The position numbers and the translations under genes are program-made. Under the pieces are notes generated by a model that saw nothing but the letters and a program-made list of their open reading frames with translations, was not told where the DNA came from and ran no database searches. Below, in pieces: positions 48,301 through 61,641 of a DNA stretch of 64,000 nt. Each line of letters opens with the position of its first letter. Position 1 is the first letter of the stretch. This DNA is from Podarcis erhardii (Eukaryota): assembly GCA_964252035.1 (NCBI GenBank), contig OZ176202.1. One strand, written 5' to 3'.

Positions 48301-51300
48301 TGAGCAACAGTCCTTTTATGAGCTTCCCTTCTGCTGGGAGGCCCTTATCTGTGCTGATAAACTAAGCTGTATAGCTGCTGCTTGACTGTACAAATATTAT
48401 TTTAATGGAACAGGTGTGGCTATGCTGAAATTCATGAGCTTTGTGCGTTTTTTAAAAAGTGCAATGAAGGCTAGAAATCAATTAAAAGGCTTTTAGGACA
48501 CAAGCACACTGAGGAACTTGTCTTTGCTGCTTCCGCTCTTCCTTTTCAGATAAAGGGAAGCTCGCCAAAGCAACTGGCAAGGACCCTTTTCAGGATTCAG
48601 CAGCATCCTACATTCATTGTACAGAACTGGAGCTGTGGGCATAAATAGAAGCATTTCTGAAGCCTGATTACATAAGGCCTGAAATATAAGCTCATTGCCC
48701 TCCTTTTCTATCTAAATACAAATGGCAGCGCTACACTATAGGGACCCCAAGGTAAGGGTTACCTATTTTTCTGATCCAGCTCTCTAAACAGCAGAACAAT
48801 TCTTGATTAGGACAAGGAACAATCTTTAAATAAACAAATACCCTTTGCCTGATTATCAGAAAGAACACGAACAGAGCTGCTTTAGTAAGCCCTGGCCACT
48901 GGCATTTCTTTGAGTACATGACTGTATTCTTTCAAGTCTAAGTCAAACCTCCTCTGTCCCTTCAGTGATAGGATAGCTCCAAGAGGCTAGTTTCTGCCTG
49001 TTGCCATGGTAAACTTGTTGTACAAGGATATGCAGCTTTGTTTCTTTAAAAATCCAGGTATTCACCCAAGCTTCATTAATGTGGACAAGTGATAAATTAT
49101 AGTAATTATCTTTCCCTTTCAGCAGCCTGTCTCGCTTGTGTGTCACAGAGCTACAAACTATTTCTCCCTTTGAACTTTACAGAGGTTAGTAGCAGTCATT
49201 CCTGATTCCTGCTGCACCCCCAGCCCTGGTAACTTGAGATAAGGGATGCTAGGCCTTTAACAACAGGCCTTTTCAATTAAACAACTCTTTTGGGCAAAGC
49301 TCTCTTGTTTATCTTGCTGCACATGTAGTAATAGGTTTTGGCTTTCTTGTTTAAATGGTGCCAAACAGAACCTAAAAGCGAGGGCGTAATTTTGAGTGTG
49401 TTTGCTAATGGAAGCTTCTCTTATTGGGCTAGCAGCAACTTGAGAGGCAAGGTGTGAACAATAGCAAGTGGGGAGGGGCTGCTGTGGTTAACACCCCCCC
49501 TCCTATTTCTCCTAACCCCATCCTGCACAGTTGCTGTTGTTAAGAGTAAAAACAGGCATGTTAAGTGCATTTAACCTCACATTTGTTTTGGCTCTTCAGA
49601 GTGGCAAATGGGCAGTTCTTGGGACGGTCATTGGCATGCACACGGGGTACACCCAGACACATCCTAATGTTTCAAAAAGACAGGGATCATAGTGAGGAGG
49701 AGAGGGTATGGAGCAGCAACCTAGCTCTGTCAATTGCCATAACCTGTGGGAAAGTGGTGGAGGGAGGAGAGACAAAAGCAGGAGGAAAACAGATACAGGC
49801 AGAATAACAAGGCTAGAATGGATCTGCAGCTTCTGCCTGTGTCTGTCTCTGGAAGTGGCAGTGGCAGTGGGGTGATTGGCTCCTCCTGTACTGCCGCCAC
49901 TGGAGCCAATCATTCCCTGCCGTTTCCAGAGTCAAATGCAGGCAGAAGCTGCAGATCCATTCCAGCCCTTTCCTTATACCTGCATCTCTGTCTCGTGGCT
50001 TTGTCCAAGCTCCACTCGCTACATTTTGTAGAAAGAAATCTGTTGGGGTGAGGGGCTGCTTTTGTGGCATGCAAGCAAGGAGATGGAGGAGGATTCATCC
50101 CGCCCTTTGCTTCGTCAGTTAATTGCAGTAATGTGATTGAGCAATTTAAGTCCATAACACCTGGTGAGAGATCCTCTCATTCTTTAGGACAGAAAGAAAG
50201 ACGCCATATGTTTTGGCTGGTTTAGGTTAGCTCCTTATCTGGTTAATGATAAAAATCATGAACATGGATTGTTTGTATATGCCTGTTTATCTACAGGGGA
50301 AAAATGGTATTTTGTGTCTCATTTTTTAAGTTTGCATTTTTAAAATAAAGTTTAGTTAATTTTTAAAAACGTTTTAGTTTCTTTAGTTTCCTTGGATAAA
50401 AACAATGTCATTTATGAGTATGCATTCAATAAATATTCACCTTAAAGAAAATTCCCCTGGGTGCACACTAATGAAATGTTCGGTTCATGCCTATAGGTAC
50501 AGTGCAGCACTGCAATGGATAATGGGACTAATAGGTTACTTGTACCTTTTTGGTACAAGTAAGGTTACTTGTACCTTTTTGGAAGTTTCCTGTCAGCTGC
50601 ATCTCCATGTGAAATCTAAGGACTGATGCAGAGATGCAGCTGCACTTGCATTGCCCCCACTTGCAATGCTCCCATCCTATTCAGAACAGTGTTTAAAACA
50701 AAAACCTATAAACACACTGTATTGTATTTTTAAGGTGCCAAAGACACGTTTAACTGTATGAATACACTATGTCCCTAACATTTTTATAAAATGTGCCCAA
50801 AATGTATGGGTGTTTATGGGTTTGAAGAGAACAATGAAATTGGCATTCAATTTGGAGTTAGAGGTTTGTATGTGCCTCAGCTGAAATACTGTTTTGAGAG
50901 GGGAAACTGCACTGCATTAGCTCCTATATAAATCCAATTACTCTTGGTGGGCGGTGGGGGAAGACACATTCTCTCATTCTAAACATGCTCTTGTGGCAAC
51001 TTTCTACCTTCATGATTACCCCAGATCAATAATTTCTGCTAGGTAAGAATGGCAGCCTTAATGTACTCATTAATTAACTGAGCGCTTATCTCATTTGTTA
51101 TGTTGTTATTTACATGGAAACATAATGGATTTGGGCAGCAAATATATGGTAATATTTCTTCTTCAACTCCTGGCATGTTCTGAGACTCATTTTTATAATC
51201 TATACTATCGGGCCTCCTTTCCCCTTTCACACTAGTTTTAATTAAGTCAAACCAGCAGTAAACTTTTTCCAACCTATTCCATGTTCAGCTTTATTCAGAA

Positions 51301-51950
51301 TGAAGTTCTGTCAGCTTCAGTTGAACTTACTTCCCAATATGTTGCAGGTTACAGTCTAAGGGCAGAACTACTCAGAATGCTAAATCAGTCATAGGTGGTG
51401 TTATTTTATTTATTTTTGTAATGAGCAATAGTTATGGAACCCTGAGTTTGATCAATACCACAACACACAGGGAGGTGAGCTTTAAGCCTTATCATCCCAG
51501 TTGCAATCCTGTAAAAAAAACCCTCATGCTTCTATTAGGCTTGCGGTGGGTTGGGTAAGCTTCCATCACTTGTTGAACAGGGAATGTAGCCTTTAACTGT
51601 CCTCCACCCATGTCAACAGCTGCCTTCTCAATAAAGACCCCTCAGGTTTACATACAGTATCCCCAGCTGACACTGGTAAAGAAATGCAGTTCATGGAGTT
51701 GTCATGTCACAGGATAAGCAATTCTGCATGTAATAGGGGAGACTGACATTAGAGGATGCTGTTTGGGGGAGTAGCCGCATGTCAAGTGTAATGTGCAGCT
51801 CTACCCTAATAAGTGGTAGGGTATTCAAATAGAGCACAGATGGTGCTTCACCTGCGTTTAACAGTTTATGCTGCCCGAATCCAGCATAAAATCATTATGC
51901 TATGGTTCACAGCCAAACCAGCAAAGAAAACTCCATGATGTATGAAAAAG

Positions 51951-51952
<2 letters not shown>

Positions 51953-51981
<29 letters not shown>
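51953..51981. repeat. (CA)n microsatellite
   Basis: Read directly. Confidence 0.9.
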
Positions 51982-51985
<4 letters not shown>

Positions 51986-52098
51986 CCGTTAACCTTGGGG
52001 GGGGGTTAATGTCTGTGTTTACCCACAATTAAACTGTTGAAACACTCGTGTCTTTCTCTACAGTGAGAACGATAGCAATCTATACGAAAGACCAGAGT

Positions 52099-52104
52099 TT
52101 TATT
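52099..52104 (-). terminator. TRAF3IP2: Candidate TRAF3IP2 polyadenylation signal AATAAA
   Basis: AATAAA on the minus strand about 420 nt after the stop; another at 51290-51295. Usage cannot be determined from sequence alone. Confidence 0.35.
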
Positions 52105-52522
52105 GTGTATATGAAATGACTGCAGGAGACCATTGCACAATGCAAGAACAGCTGGCCAATAATAAAAGGAACCCAGAGGAAACAGGAATGCAATTGTTTT
52201 GCTTATTACAGTGCCACTCACTGTACTAACTGGCTGTGCCGCAGACTTCGAAAGCAAGTTGCTAGAAGACAAAGCGATGAGACATTATTTCCATTTGCAG
52301 TTTGTTTAAATATTGCCAGGGAAGCAGCGTGCCTGATCAGTTGCAGAAGGAAACATTCAGAATAAAAGAAAACACATGGGCTTGCATTAACCCAAGACAA
52401 TTCTAGTGTGTGTGTGTCTGTGTGCACATGCTGTTCATCACCCTAGAAGGGGAAGCCAGGAAAACCCTGGCTGCCAGCCAACAGTTATACAACGATTGCT
52501 TCATATGCACTTTAATGGACAT

Positions 52523-52669
52523 TCATAAAGGCACAACCTGGAGAGTGGGCAAAGGTCCTATCGGAGGAGCAACATATTCCTCTTCTCTCAGCAACCGCAA
52601 CAGAATGTTCTTTTTATTTTGGGGCCAATTGTAGATGTGAGTGTTCTGAAGCCAGGTAGGCACATGCTC
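52523..52669 (-). CDS. TRAF3IP2: TRAF3IP2 last coding exon (147 nt including TGA), [48 protein letters not shown]
   Basis: C-terminus matches recalled human ACT1 (...[10 protein letters not shown]); CCCACAG acceptor; stop at 52525-52523. Confidence 0.97.
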   Translation of the reverse strand, partial: EHVPTWLQNTHIYNWPQNKKNILLRLLREEEYVAPPIGPLPTLQVVPL

Positions 52670-53728
52670 CTGTGGGGGAGGGAGGGTGGAAGGCAGCTAT
52701 ATTAAATTCCGTTCTGTATTTCAGCTTTTCAGAAACCTGAAGGCATCACAGTCACAGGCATATACCTTCCCCTCCGTCCCTTTCTTAAGAGCCTTTGCCA
52801 AAACACAAGCAATTAGTCATGCTTTGGGTCCCCTCTCAGCTTATGGTGCAATTTGAATAATTCATTGTAGAAATCACCTGTGTGAAACATTGCTGTCAAC
52901 ACATTGTGGCATTAACCATCACTTAGTTTTAATGCTCTTTAACTGACATAAAGTAGACATAGTCCCAAAATGCACTCCCCAGCCTTCAAACTGAGGGACA
53001 ATGGAAATTATTTTACATCACCACATTCATTTATAGCAGAACCTCCCCTCCAAGTGTCCTCACCAAGGCACCCCAAGGAGGCAAGCAAAGTTCCATGGAG
53101 AAAGAGGATCTTGTAGTAAGTGATATCTTCTCACGTAATCACACTTGAGGAGACTGCTGACCCCCGCTCCCGGCAGTGGATCCCCACTAATCCAAATGGT
53201 TGGAGAAAACAGCATTCCTGCAGCCTGATCGTCTCAGTGGGATTTGGGAAGAGGAAATTGGGAAAGAGTTGATACTTGGTTGTGAGATTTCCCGGTATGG
53301 TACAAAGATGGGGGCAAAGGCAGTTTGCTCTGTTCCTTTTCTAAAGGCTGCTGTGAGATTGCTACCTATCTTTGACAGGACCAGCAGGCTGCATGAACAC
53401 AACTGCATGTAAGGTCTCTCCACAGCTGCTCATCAAACAGGTGTTTGGTACTATATTGAGCAGAGGGGTTCAAAGCTACCTCATAGATAAGTTCAAAGAG
53501 GGGAAATAGAAACAATGGGTATATTCCATCAAAACAGGATAAATTGTGCCAGTCACACTGAATAAAAAGCATACTACTGAAATCAAACTAGACCTTTATC
53601 TAAAAATGTTATGAAGCATTTGTCTAAGGTGCTACTTCAAATACTAACATGATTTTATTCAACATTCAAAAAAGGCTTTTGAAGGTTTTTGTCTCGGGTT
53701 GTAAAAAGAAATAAAAATAGCATGATTA

Positions 53729-53818
<90 letters not shown>

Positions 53819-54880
53819 CTAAAATATGAAAAACAACATTAGCCCAAATATAATTGTAAGAATTATGCATTCTTATCCTCCAACCATTCTTTGTGCTGGA
53901 GCCCATTCCTACTCAACTTGTCTGCTGTATCACATTTCCTGAATCCAGTGGTTATGCTTCACATGTGCAAGCCAGTTTGTGTAGGCCTCTCCTTCTGCAC
54001 TGAATTTCAGAAGCATCAGGGTGGTGCCAGCTGTTTCTTACACCACATCAGAAACTACATGCCCTGCCCTGCTCAACATTCTCAAACCTTGACAATGCCA
54101 GTCACATATTTGGAGGTGGCAGAACTGTGTCTCGTTCCCCTTTCCCTCTCACCTTCACATTGCAAGTACATGTGTCGCAGTGTGCAGGCAACCCATTGAT
54201 GCATATTCTTGACTGAAGACCCCTAACACTATGTTGAATTGTATTTTCTCATCTGCTGTTTAGGTATACTAGGAAATGATATCTAAATCTCTCTCTGTGT
54301 GTTTTAAAGAATATAAAAAAGAAAATCAGTTCCTTACTACAGAACTTGTGTTTTGTTGACAACAATACAGAATAGAATTGTATTTGATTTCTGAAATAAC
54401 CTGGACTTTTGACCAGCTTAGGGGTTTAATGCCCCCCTGTCCTAATTCAATTCAGCTTGATTTCCGAGCCCCCTACAGTCCATCTCTGGTCCGAAATGAA
54501 CCTGGATTAGTAACAACTGATGCTCAGGACCTGCTGTGCACACACAGGTGTTTCCTAGGCTTTGGTGAAACCTGTGACACTAGGCTTGTAAGTTGGTTCT
54601 CCAAGCTACTTCCCATGTTTCAAATGAGTATCATGAAGAAAAGAAAGGGGTGCTTGACTTATAGCTCAGAAATTGTATCAGGATCTGAGCTCCCCGCTGT
54701 CCCTTGTGTGCTGCCAAGACATAGATACCACAAATTTTAGATATCGCAAATACCAGTTGGGTATCTGGGTGAAGAGTCTGGTTAATCTTAAATCACCAGC
54801 CATAACTAATCACGACTAAGTCCTACTGAAAGCAGTGGAATATGACTTAGGCTTACATAGCTTTTGCTGAACTGTGCCTT

Positions 54881-54931
54881 TTGGTTGGTTGGTTGGTTGG
54901 TTGGTTGGTTGGTTGGTTGGTTGATTGGTTG
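54881..54931. repeat. (TTGG)n tetranucleotide microsatellite
   Basis: About 12 units, one variant TTGA. Confidence 0.92.
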
Positions 54932-55132
54932 ATTTATATACAGCCCATCAAAAATGATCCTATGTTGATGCAAAGCAATGTTGGAAGAAAGAAACTCACT
55001 AGGTTCTATCCAGCTGCATTATACAGTAGACTGAAATTAATGGACCTGAGTTAGTAATGCCCATTAATTACATTGGTTCTAATCAAAGTGGACTCATGTT
55101 GGATAAAGTCCACAGACACTATTGAAACTTCT

Positions 55133-55308
55133 GCCCAGCTCAGTTGGTTACAGCATGGTGCTGATAATGCCAAGGTTGCGGGTTCAATACATATACAGGC
55201 CACATACATATTGTGGCACATACAGGCCACATACATATTCCTGCATTGCAGGGAGTTGGACTAGATGATCCGTGGGGTCCCTTCCAACTCTACAATTCTA
55301 TGATTCTA
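55133..55308 (+). mobile_element. tRNA-derived SINE with CR1-type tail
   Basis: A-box AGCTCAGTTGGTTA, B-box GGTTCAAT, tail GGACTAGATGATCC..CCCTTCCAACTCTACAATTCTATGATTCTA; internal duplication of CATACAGGCCACATACATATT. Not a functional tRNA. Confidence 0.8.
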
Positions 55309-55973
55309 AATCAGGAAGCTTTTTCTCCTGTTAGGAGTGCTCATTGTAACAATGTTTGAAGAAATTATGCCTTTCCCTAACAAGACTTGTGCTTCTTTTT
55401 CACAGTCTGGCTCTATGTTTTTGTGTCATGTGAAGAAGTCTGATTCACTGGTGGATGTTCTTTTACTTAATACTGTACTTATCTCCCAGCTGAAAGAGGA
55501 ACCAACTTTGTTGGCAGCTTATTTGATCCGATCAGAAGAAACTCTAGAGAGATTTTGTGAGGGTGTGAGCAAGCTGAGTTTCTGTGGCAATGGGAGGGCC
55601 ATAAGGGAGAGCAGATCAAATGCATGGAGACAGAGAATACACTAGCTCAGATGGGAATTTCCTTCCCCGCCTGCCCCATGCTTATTTTCATAGGTCAGGC
55701 AGTCAGATTTACTGTTGTTTGTGGATTCCCCTCTCTTTCTGGAGTGAATCTGTATGAGGAAGTGCAGGCATGAGATAAGCTCATATTAAGGGACTTGGGG
55801 AAAGGGTATAAAGGGATTTAAACAGGCTGCAAAAGCCATAAAGAAAGTCAAGCAGCCAGTCATATACATTTATCTCAAACAGAACTTCTGAGCAGTCGCA
55901 AGTAGCACTGCTTCTAAAAAACACTCAGTACTAACAGGGAACACCAACAAAGCGGCACTTAACTGCAGGACTA

Positions 55974-56180
<207 letters not shown>

Positions 56181-56759
56181 TCAGGGAGAAAGACGCTTTT
56201 ATGAAATTGTAAAATGCAGTGTGGTTGGGCAGAGCAGCTTGGAAACCTGCCAGTTTGTATTATACGTGATCTGATGTTCCCTGGAAGCATAAGACAATCC
56301 AGTGCATTTTGGCAATGAAGCAAAACTAATCTCTGCACACTGTATTTCCTCATACCAGATTTCCAGGCGCTCTCTCTCTCCACTAGTAAATTTTAACATA
56401 CTTTAAAATGGAGAGGGGAAAAAAAATACATTTTAGCATTGACCAGGTTATCTTCCAGAAACATAAATCTAAAAATATTGTATGCATAAACAATGCACCA
56501 TTACTGTTTATTAATTGAAACTCTATCACTCTTTCTAGTAGAATATGTCCCCTCTTTCAGGAGAATCTGAATTCTATGCTCAAATAGACCATGATTTGTG
56601 ACCTCTATAAAATTGTGACCATTAATAAATATCCTTACTTTTGTTTCTGTTTTGTACCTATTCTCTTCTGGTTATGCTGCCTGCCTGTTTGTTTCCAGAC
56701 CGAATATAAAGTGCTGGTTTCGTCTTTTAAAGTTCTAAACCATTTAGGGTGACCTAAAG

Positions 56760-57328
56760 GCAAGGGAACCCCCAGTAAGAAGAGGGCTGAGAGCAGGGGA
56801 TTGGTGGTGGGACAACAATATGTGGTCAGAGGAAAAAGAGGGAGCACACTGGGAGGAGGAGGTGTCAGAAGCTGAAGAGGCAACAGGGTTTAGTGAGCAG
56901 GAAGAGGCTGTGGCAGCAGGCAGTCCAGACTCAGGTGGAAGCAGAGGCTGGAGAGGATGGGGACCAGGAGACAGAAATGAGGCAGGCTGCATAGGAATCC
57001 AGGAACTCTCCCCCTCCTGCTGTGACCAGCTTCCCACCTCTTGCTCTCTCAGAACACACAGAGGAATGAAGACGGTAGAGCAATGAGATACAAGATGAAG
57101 GAGCCTTAGGCTGCTGGGGAAGGAACCGGGGGAGGAGCCTTAGAGAGCAGAGGGAAGGCAGGGACCTTCAGTCCTCACAAATGCCTCATTGGGGCAAGAC
57201 CTACTCGGAAGAGTTGCCTGGATCACTAGGACTGAGCTGTTTTATTTTTTGAATAAATAGTTAACTTCACTGACATCAGGTGCTTCATTGTTTTATTGCT
57301 GACCTGCACCAGACTCCAGCTCCTGACA
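56760..57328 (+). mobile_element. Gypsy-type solo-LTR-like element inserted in an L2 fragment
   Basis: GA-rich body, GAATAAATAGTTAACTTCACTGACA polyA region, 3' end CCTGACA; L2-like flanks at about 56695-56760 and 57330-57500. The 5' boundary and TSD were not resolved. Confidence 0.5.
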
Positions 57329-58749
57329 ACGAGCCTGCCTGAGCATGAAGATCAGCCCCATAGGCCCTACTGCCTGGTCCACTAAGAAGATGAACAGCAA
57401 CTAAGGACATGGCCTTTTCAGTGAGGTTCCCATATTTACAGAATGCCCTTCTACAGGAAGTTAATATGCCCACCCTCATCACTGGTGATTTTTAAAAAGA
57501 ACCCGTAAGAGCTTTTTCAGTCTCTGCTTTAATTGCTGTGTCCAGAAGCAGTTTGCCAGGTGGGACAGAGACACAACACCAGCTTCTTGGCAGGTGAGTC
57601 GCCATGCTGTCATTTCTGCCACCTCCCCGTCCAGGTAAGCAGTAGTGGCTCACTGCTGGGAAGCTAGCGTAGCAGCTGTGCCCCACCAGCTTCAGATTGT
57701 GTCTTGATTAAGTTTTACTTTTCATTTGAAGAGGTATAATGAGGATTTTAACTGAATTTTGTTCATACGCACATATACACACACACACCCATGAGCAGCC
57801 AATTCACCTTGCTGAAACATTTTTGAGCCTGTTTTCACGATATGGGGACCCTGGAAAGAACTTGTTTATTTTAAAATAATTAAAGTGAAGGCACAATTCT
57901 GCCTTCAGCTGTACACTTAGCACTAACACAATGTCATTGTGGAATGCACACAGCTTGTCAACAGTTATTTTAATCTTATGTAGGTCCTCCTTCCCCAAAT
58001 GCTTTAGACTGCAAGCCTAAACCCCATTTTGCCAGGAGTAAGCCTCCCTAAATTCAGTAGAACTTAACCTCTGAGCAGATATGCTTAGGATTGTGCTCTT
58101 TCGTTTGTGATCCTAAAATACTTAGCAGTATCTTCTATGCAAAGCCTCTATGTCAAACAGGGTTCCAAAATGCATGGGCTCCCTATCATGAGGAAATCTG
58201 GAAATAGAAAGTGTTTGCAAACTTTTTTCAGACTTCCTGAGAAGATTGGGGTGGGGTGTGCAATGGACATAAAAAGTGCACCCACAAGGATGTTGGGGCA
58301 TGGCTGGCATAAGCCCCCCCTCCTTCCCCACACATTTGTTTGGAATGCTTGAAAAGGCCTGATGTGTTTATTTTATTTTGTTATGCATTTATAAGCTAAA
58401 AACACAAATGTTTTTGCTTCTGCATGCAACATTTAAAAACCTAAACAAATAAATATGTGGCTAACACAGGCATTTTACAGATCTATGAAAGCCAAGTTCT
58501 CCTATCTCAGAAGGCTCACATTTTAAATTAGACAGAATGGGTGGGGAGGCAAGGGTAGGAACAACATGAATAATTAAGTCACAAGGGGGGCAGGAGATGC
58601 TTCTGTTTCAGTCCGTGGGTTCTTACCAGTATTGTCTTAAGGACTGATTCCTTAAGGATTGCTGTTGAGCTGCCTATGCCCAAAACTGTCTTTGAGCTGC
58701 CTGTGGAAAATGCTTGCACAAGAACCACCTCCCCCCCGCCTTTACTTAC

Positions 58750-58818
58750 ATCACTCAGGTAGCGTTCCATCCACTTGATAATGTCAATACCTCGAACTGT
58801 GTCCTCAAATATATCAAT
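58750..58818 (-). CDS. TRAF3IP2: TRAF3IP2 exon (69 nt), [23 protein letters not shown]
   Basis: SEFIR domain; phase 0-0; TTCTTATAG acceptor, GAT|GTAAGT donor. Confidence 0.96.
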
Positions 58819-59753
58819 CTATAAGAACGGGAAAATATTAACATTTCTTCAGCTCTGTGCGCAGAGGCAAATATTTCCATCAATACAAAGAAGATTCACA
58901 AAGTATCTCCAATGCATATTGAAGGCATATGACTTCACTCAAAGAATCCTGGGAAGTTTAGTTTATTCTTCACAAAGCTACGATTCCCTGCAACCTTAAA
59001 CAACAGGTCCCAGGATGCTTTGGGGGAAGCCATGCTCTTTAAATGTTTATTGGATGTGCTTTGAAGGCATAATATGGTTCTACCCTCAATGTGTAGTTTC
59101 CCAGTTCAAAAGTTGAGGTGCAAGTGTACATAGTCTAACAAGGCTCTCTATTCACAAAGAGCCAGGGCATTTCTGCAGCTTGGTAAGTTTCTGCTAGCAA
59201 TATCACAGCTGACAAGGAATCTCCAGGGACTTCAGCTAATTATTTTCCCCTTCTGTCACCTGAGACCAACTCCAGATGGGTCTTTGACAGCAGGTGTATT
59301 CTGCAAAAACCGTATACACTTTCAGTGTATTTTAATGGTTTTGTTCTGGACCTCCTGCTCCTCCTCCTGCTTCAAAAATGTTCTTCTGTACTACTGCATT
59401 ATTGACTCTGTACTGTCCTCCTCTGATTCCATCCAATCCTTTGTTTCAATTTCCACCATCTGCCTTCCCCTCCATGGTCTTTAGCAACACTGAGCCATGG
59501 CTCCATATCACCTTGCCTAGTATTCTGCAAGATTGAACCCCAGTTTGTCAAAAGTGGCAAAGAATCACACCTTTCCCCCTCTAGAAAAAAGAAGCATTAT
59601 TCAGAGTTTGTGAGGTCATTCCATCTTGTCCCCTGTGCTGTTGTGTAGGATTCTTGTATTCCAAGACAGTTCACTGCCTGGGGTTTCGGCTGTGATGCAA
59701 AGTTTAGACCCCTGTTTAACCTTGAACTCCTTCAGTGACCTTGAGGGAAAATA

Positions 59754-60111
59754 CAGTGATACCTCTCAAGATGAAATTAATTCGTTCTGCGAGTTTTTTT
59801 GTCTTGCGATTTTTTCGTCTTGCGAAGCACGGATTTTGGAAAAGCTTCAAAAATCACCAAAGTCTTCAAAAACCTCAAAAAAGGCTACCACACGCGTGCT
59901 ATGAGTTGCTCCTCGAAGTCAAGTCGCAACTGCACCCCCTGAATGCACGGTTTTAAGAAAAAGGAAACAAACTTGCAAGACAAAGGAAACAAACTTGCAA
60001 GACGTTTTCGTCTTGCAAAGCAAGCCCATAGGGAAATTCGTCTTGCGAAGCAACTCAAAAAAGGAAAAACTCTGAAGTCTTGCGAGTTTTTCGTCTTACG
60101 AGGCACCACTG
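59754..60111. mobile_element. Tc1/mariner MITE, 358 bp, same family as 30955-31216
   Basis: TA|CAGTGATACCTCTCAAGATG ... CGTCTTACGAGGCACCACTG|TA; shared GCAAGCCCATAG.GAAATTCGTCTTGCGAAGC core. Confidence 0.88.
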
Positions 60112-60486
60112 TACAACCCTATCCACACTTGCCCTGAAGCCCTATTGAACACAGTGTGACTTGCTTCCAAGCAAAACTGCATAAGCTTGTATTGTACAGG
60201 TGATGTAGAAACAGTTTCAATGTTCCAAAGGATTGTCAGTACAACCTTACTCCACTTAGTGTATTACATAAACTTTGTGTTGGAATTTCAAATACACCAC
60301 TTAAGCCTCTTCCCCCCTTATTCATATATTTAGGGTTTGAGTACATGCCCCTGTATACAAGATTCATCAGCGCAGGCAGGAACATTAAAAAGGAAGACGA
60401 AGCTTTAAAGATATAGACAACCGATTTCATACATTCTTGATTGAATTCCAGCAAAGGGAAACACCCTTCCAGAATAGAGTACTTAC

Positions 60487-60575
60487 AGCTGTCTGAAATC
60501 CATTTACAAACAAAAAGTTCACAAATTTCATGACCTCCTCAGCTGTGTCCACAGAGTAGGTTATGAAGACTTTAC
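60487..60575 (-). CDS. TRAF3IP2: TRAF3IP2 exon (89 nt), [29 protein letters not shown] (SEFIR box 1)
   Basis: Manual translation; RKVFITYS SEFIR motif; CTCTTAG acceptor, GCT|GTAAGT donor. Confidence 0.96.
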
Positions 60576-61444
60576 CTAAGAGAGATGATCAAAGTATTGT
60601 TCAAAGTACTAGAAAAAAAGCGCTTGCCTTTTCTTTGTTATATTAGCACAGAACAGACAATAAGCTCTATCTTGTTTGGTTTAGATAATAGTCATAATAA
60701 TTTATTACTTATACTCCACCTATCTGACTGGTTTGATTATTATTTGTACAATGGAGCTGAACTGGCTCACTGTCTTGTGATCATGCTAGGCATCTCCATT
60801 AGAGACCTCTAGAATACCTTTAATTTGTCCCATGTCCCTGCTCTGACAAGCAGAAACCCTCAGAGTATATGACACTTTCAATGGAAAATGCTCCTTCTCC
60901 AACCACCTAATGATTCCTGGACCCTAACGTTAAAAAATTGAAAGTTCATAAATACGACTGTTATAAGCCATGAAAATGTCACTTCCTCCTCCAGGCACTT
61001 CCTCCTAATCCTTCTAGCTGTCTGTTCTCCAGATTAATTGCATGGTGCCTGCTTAACACTTTGAACTGCATGCTACTTTGAACCCCAAAATGTGGATGTG
61101 GTTAAATCAAGGACATGGGGAGTAGCAAGAACCTCAGGCCTAGCAGAGTTGTATCCTGGCAGTCTCCACCTGGAATAGTTTCAGGCCCTTTAAGGTTATA
61201 GCTGGGCTTCTGGTGAAAAGGATCCACTTCCAGGACAACTAGAAGATACCAATTTTAAAAGGCCATGCCCTGGTGTTATCTGCTGTTAGGCTGAGGCAGC
61301 ACTAGAAGTTGCTGTGATCAGCAGGAGAGTGTGGTTCTATGTATGCATGATTCTGCTAGGACTGGACCATCCACTTTCTTCACTAACCAATGCTATGGCT
61401 TTATACACAATTTTCCAAACATGGCGGGGGGGGGGGGGACTTAC

Positions 61445-61641
61445 GCAGCTCTTCTGGCAAATTACTTGTCCTCAGTGTTCCCCTGACTGCAAAATTACTT
61501 GGAGGCCTTGGGATGGCAGCTGGGCATGGTGGGCCATTAGGCTGAGCCATGGAATCAGAAGGGCACCTATAGATGTCCTCATGAGCGCCATAAGCCTTGG
61601 ATGATGCTCCACCATGCAGTAGTTGGTTCTGAAACTGGCCA
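61445..61641 (-). CDS. TRAF3IP2: TRAF3IP2 exon (197 nt), [11 protein letters not shown]...[26 protein letters not shown](R)
   Basis: Matches recalled human [27 protein letters not shown]; TTTTTCCTAG acceptor, C|GTAAGT donor. Confidence 0.92.

Noticed and set aside
55133-55190. tRNA gene
   Set aside because: A and B boxes are present, but there is no complete cloverleaf and the sequence continues into a CR1-type tail, so it is a SINE.
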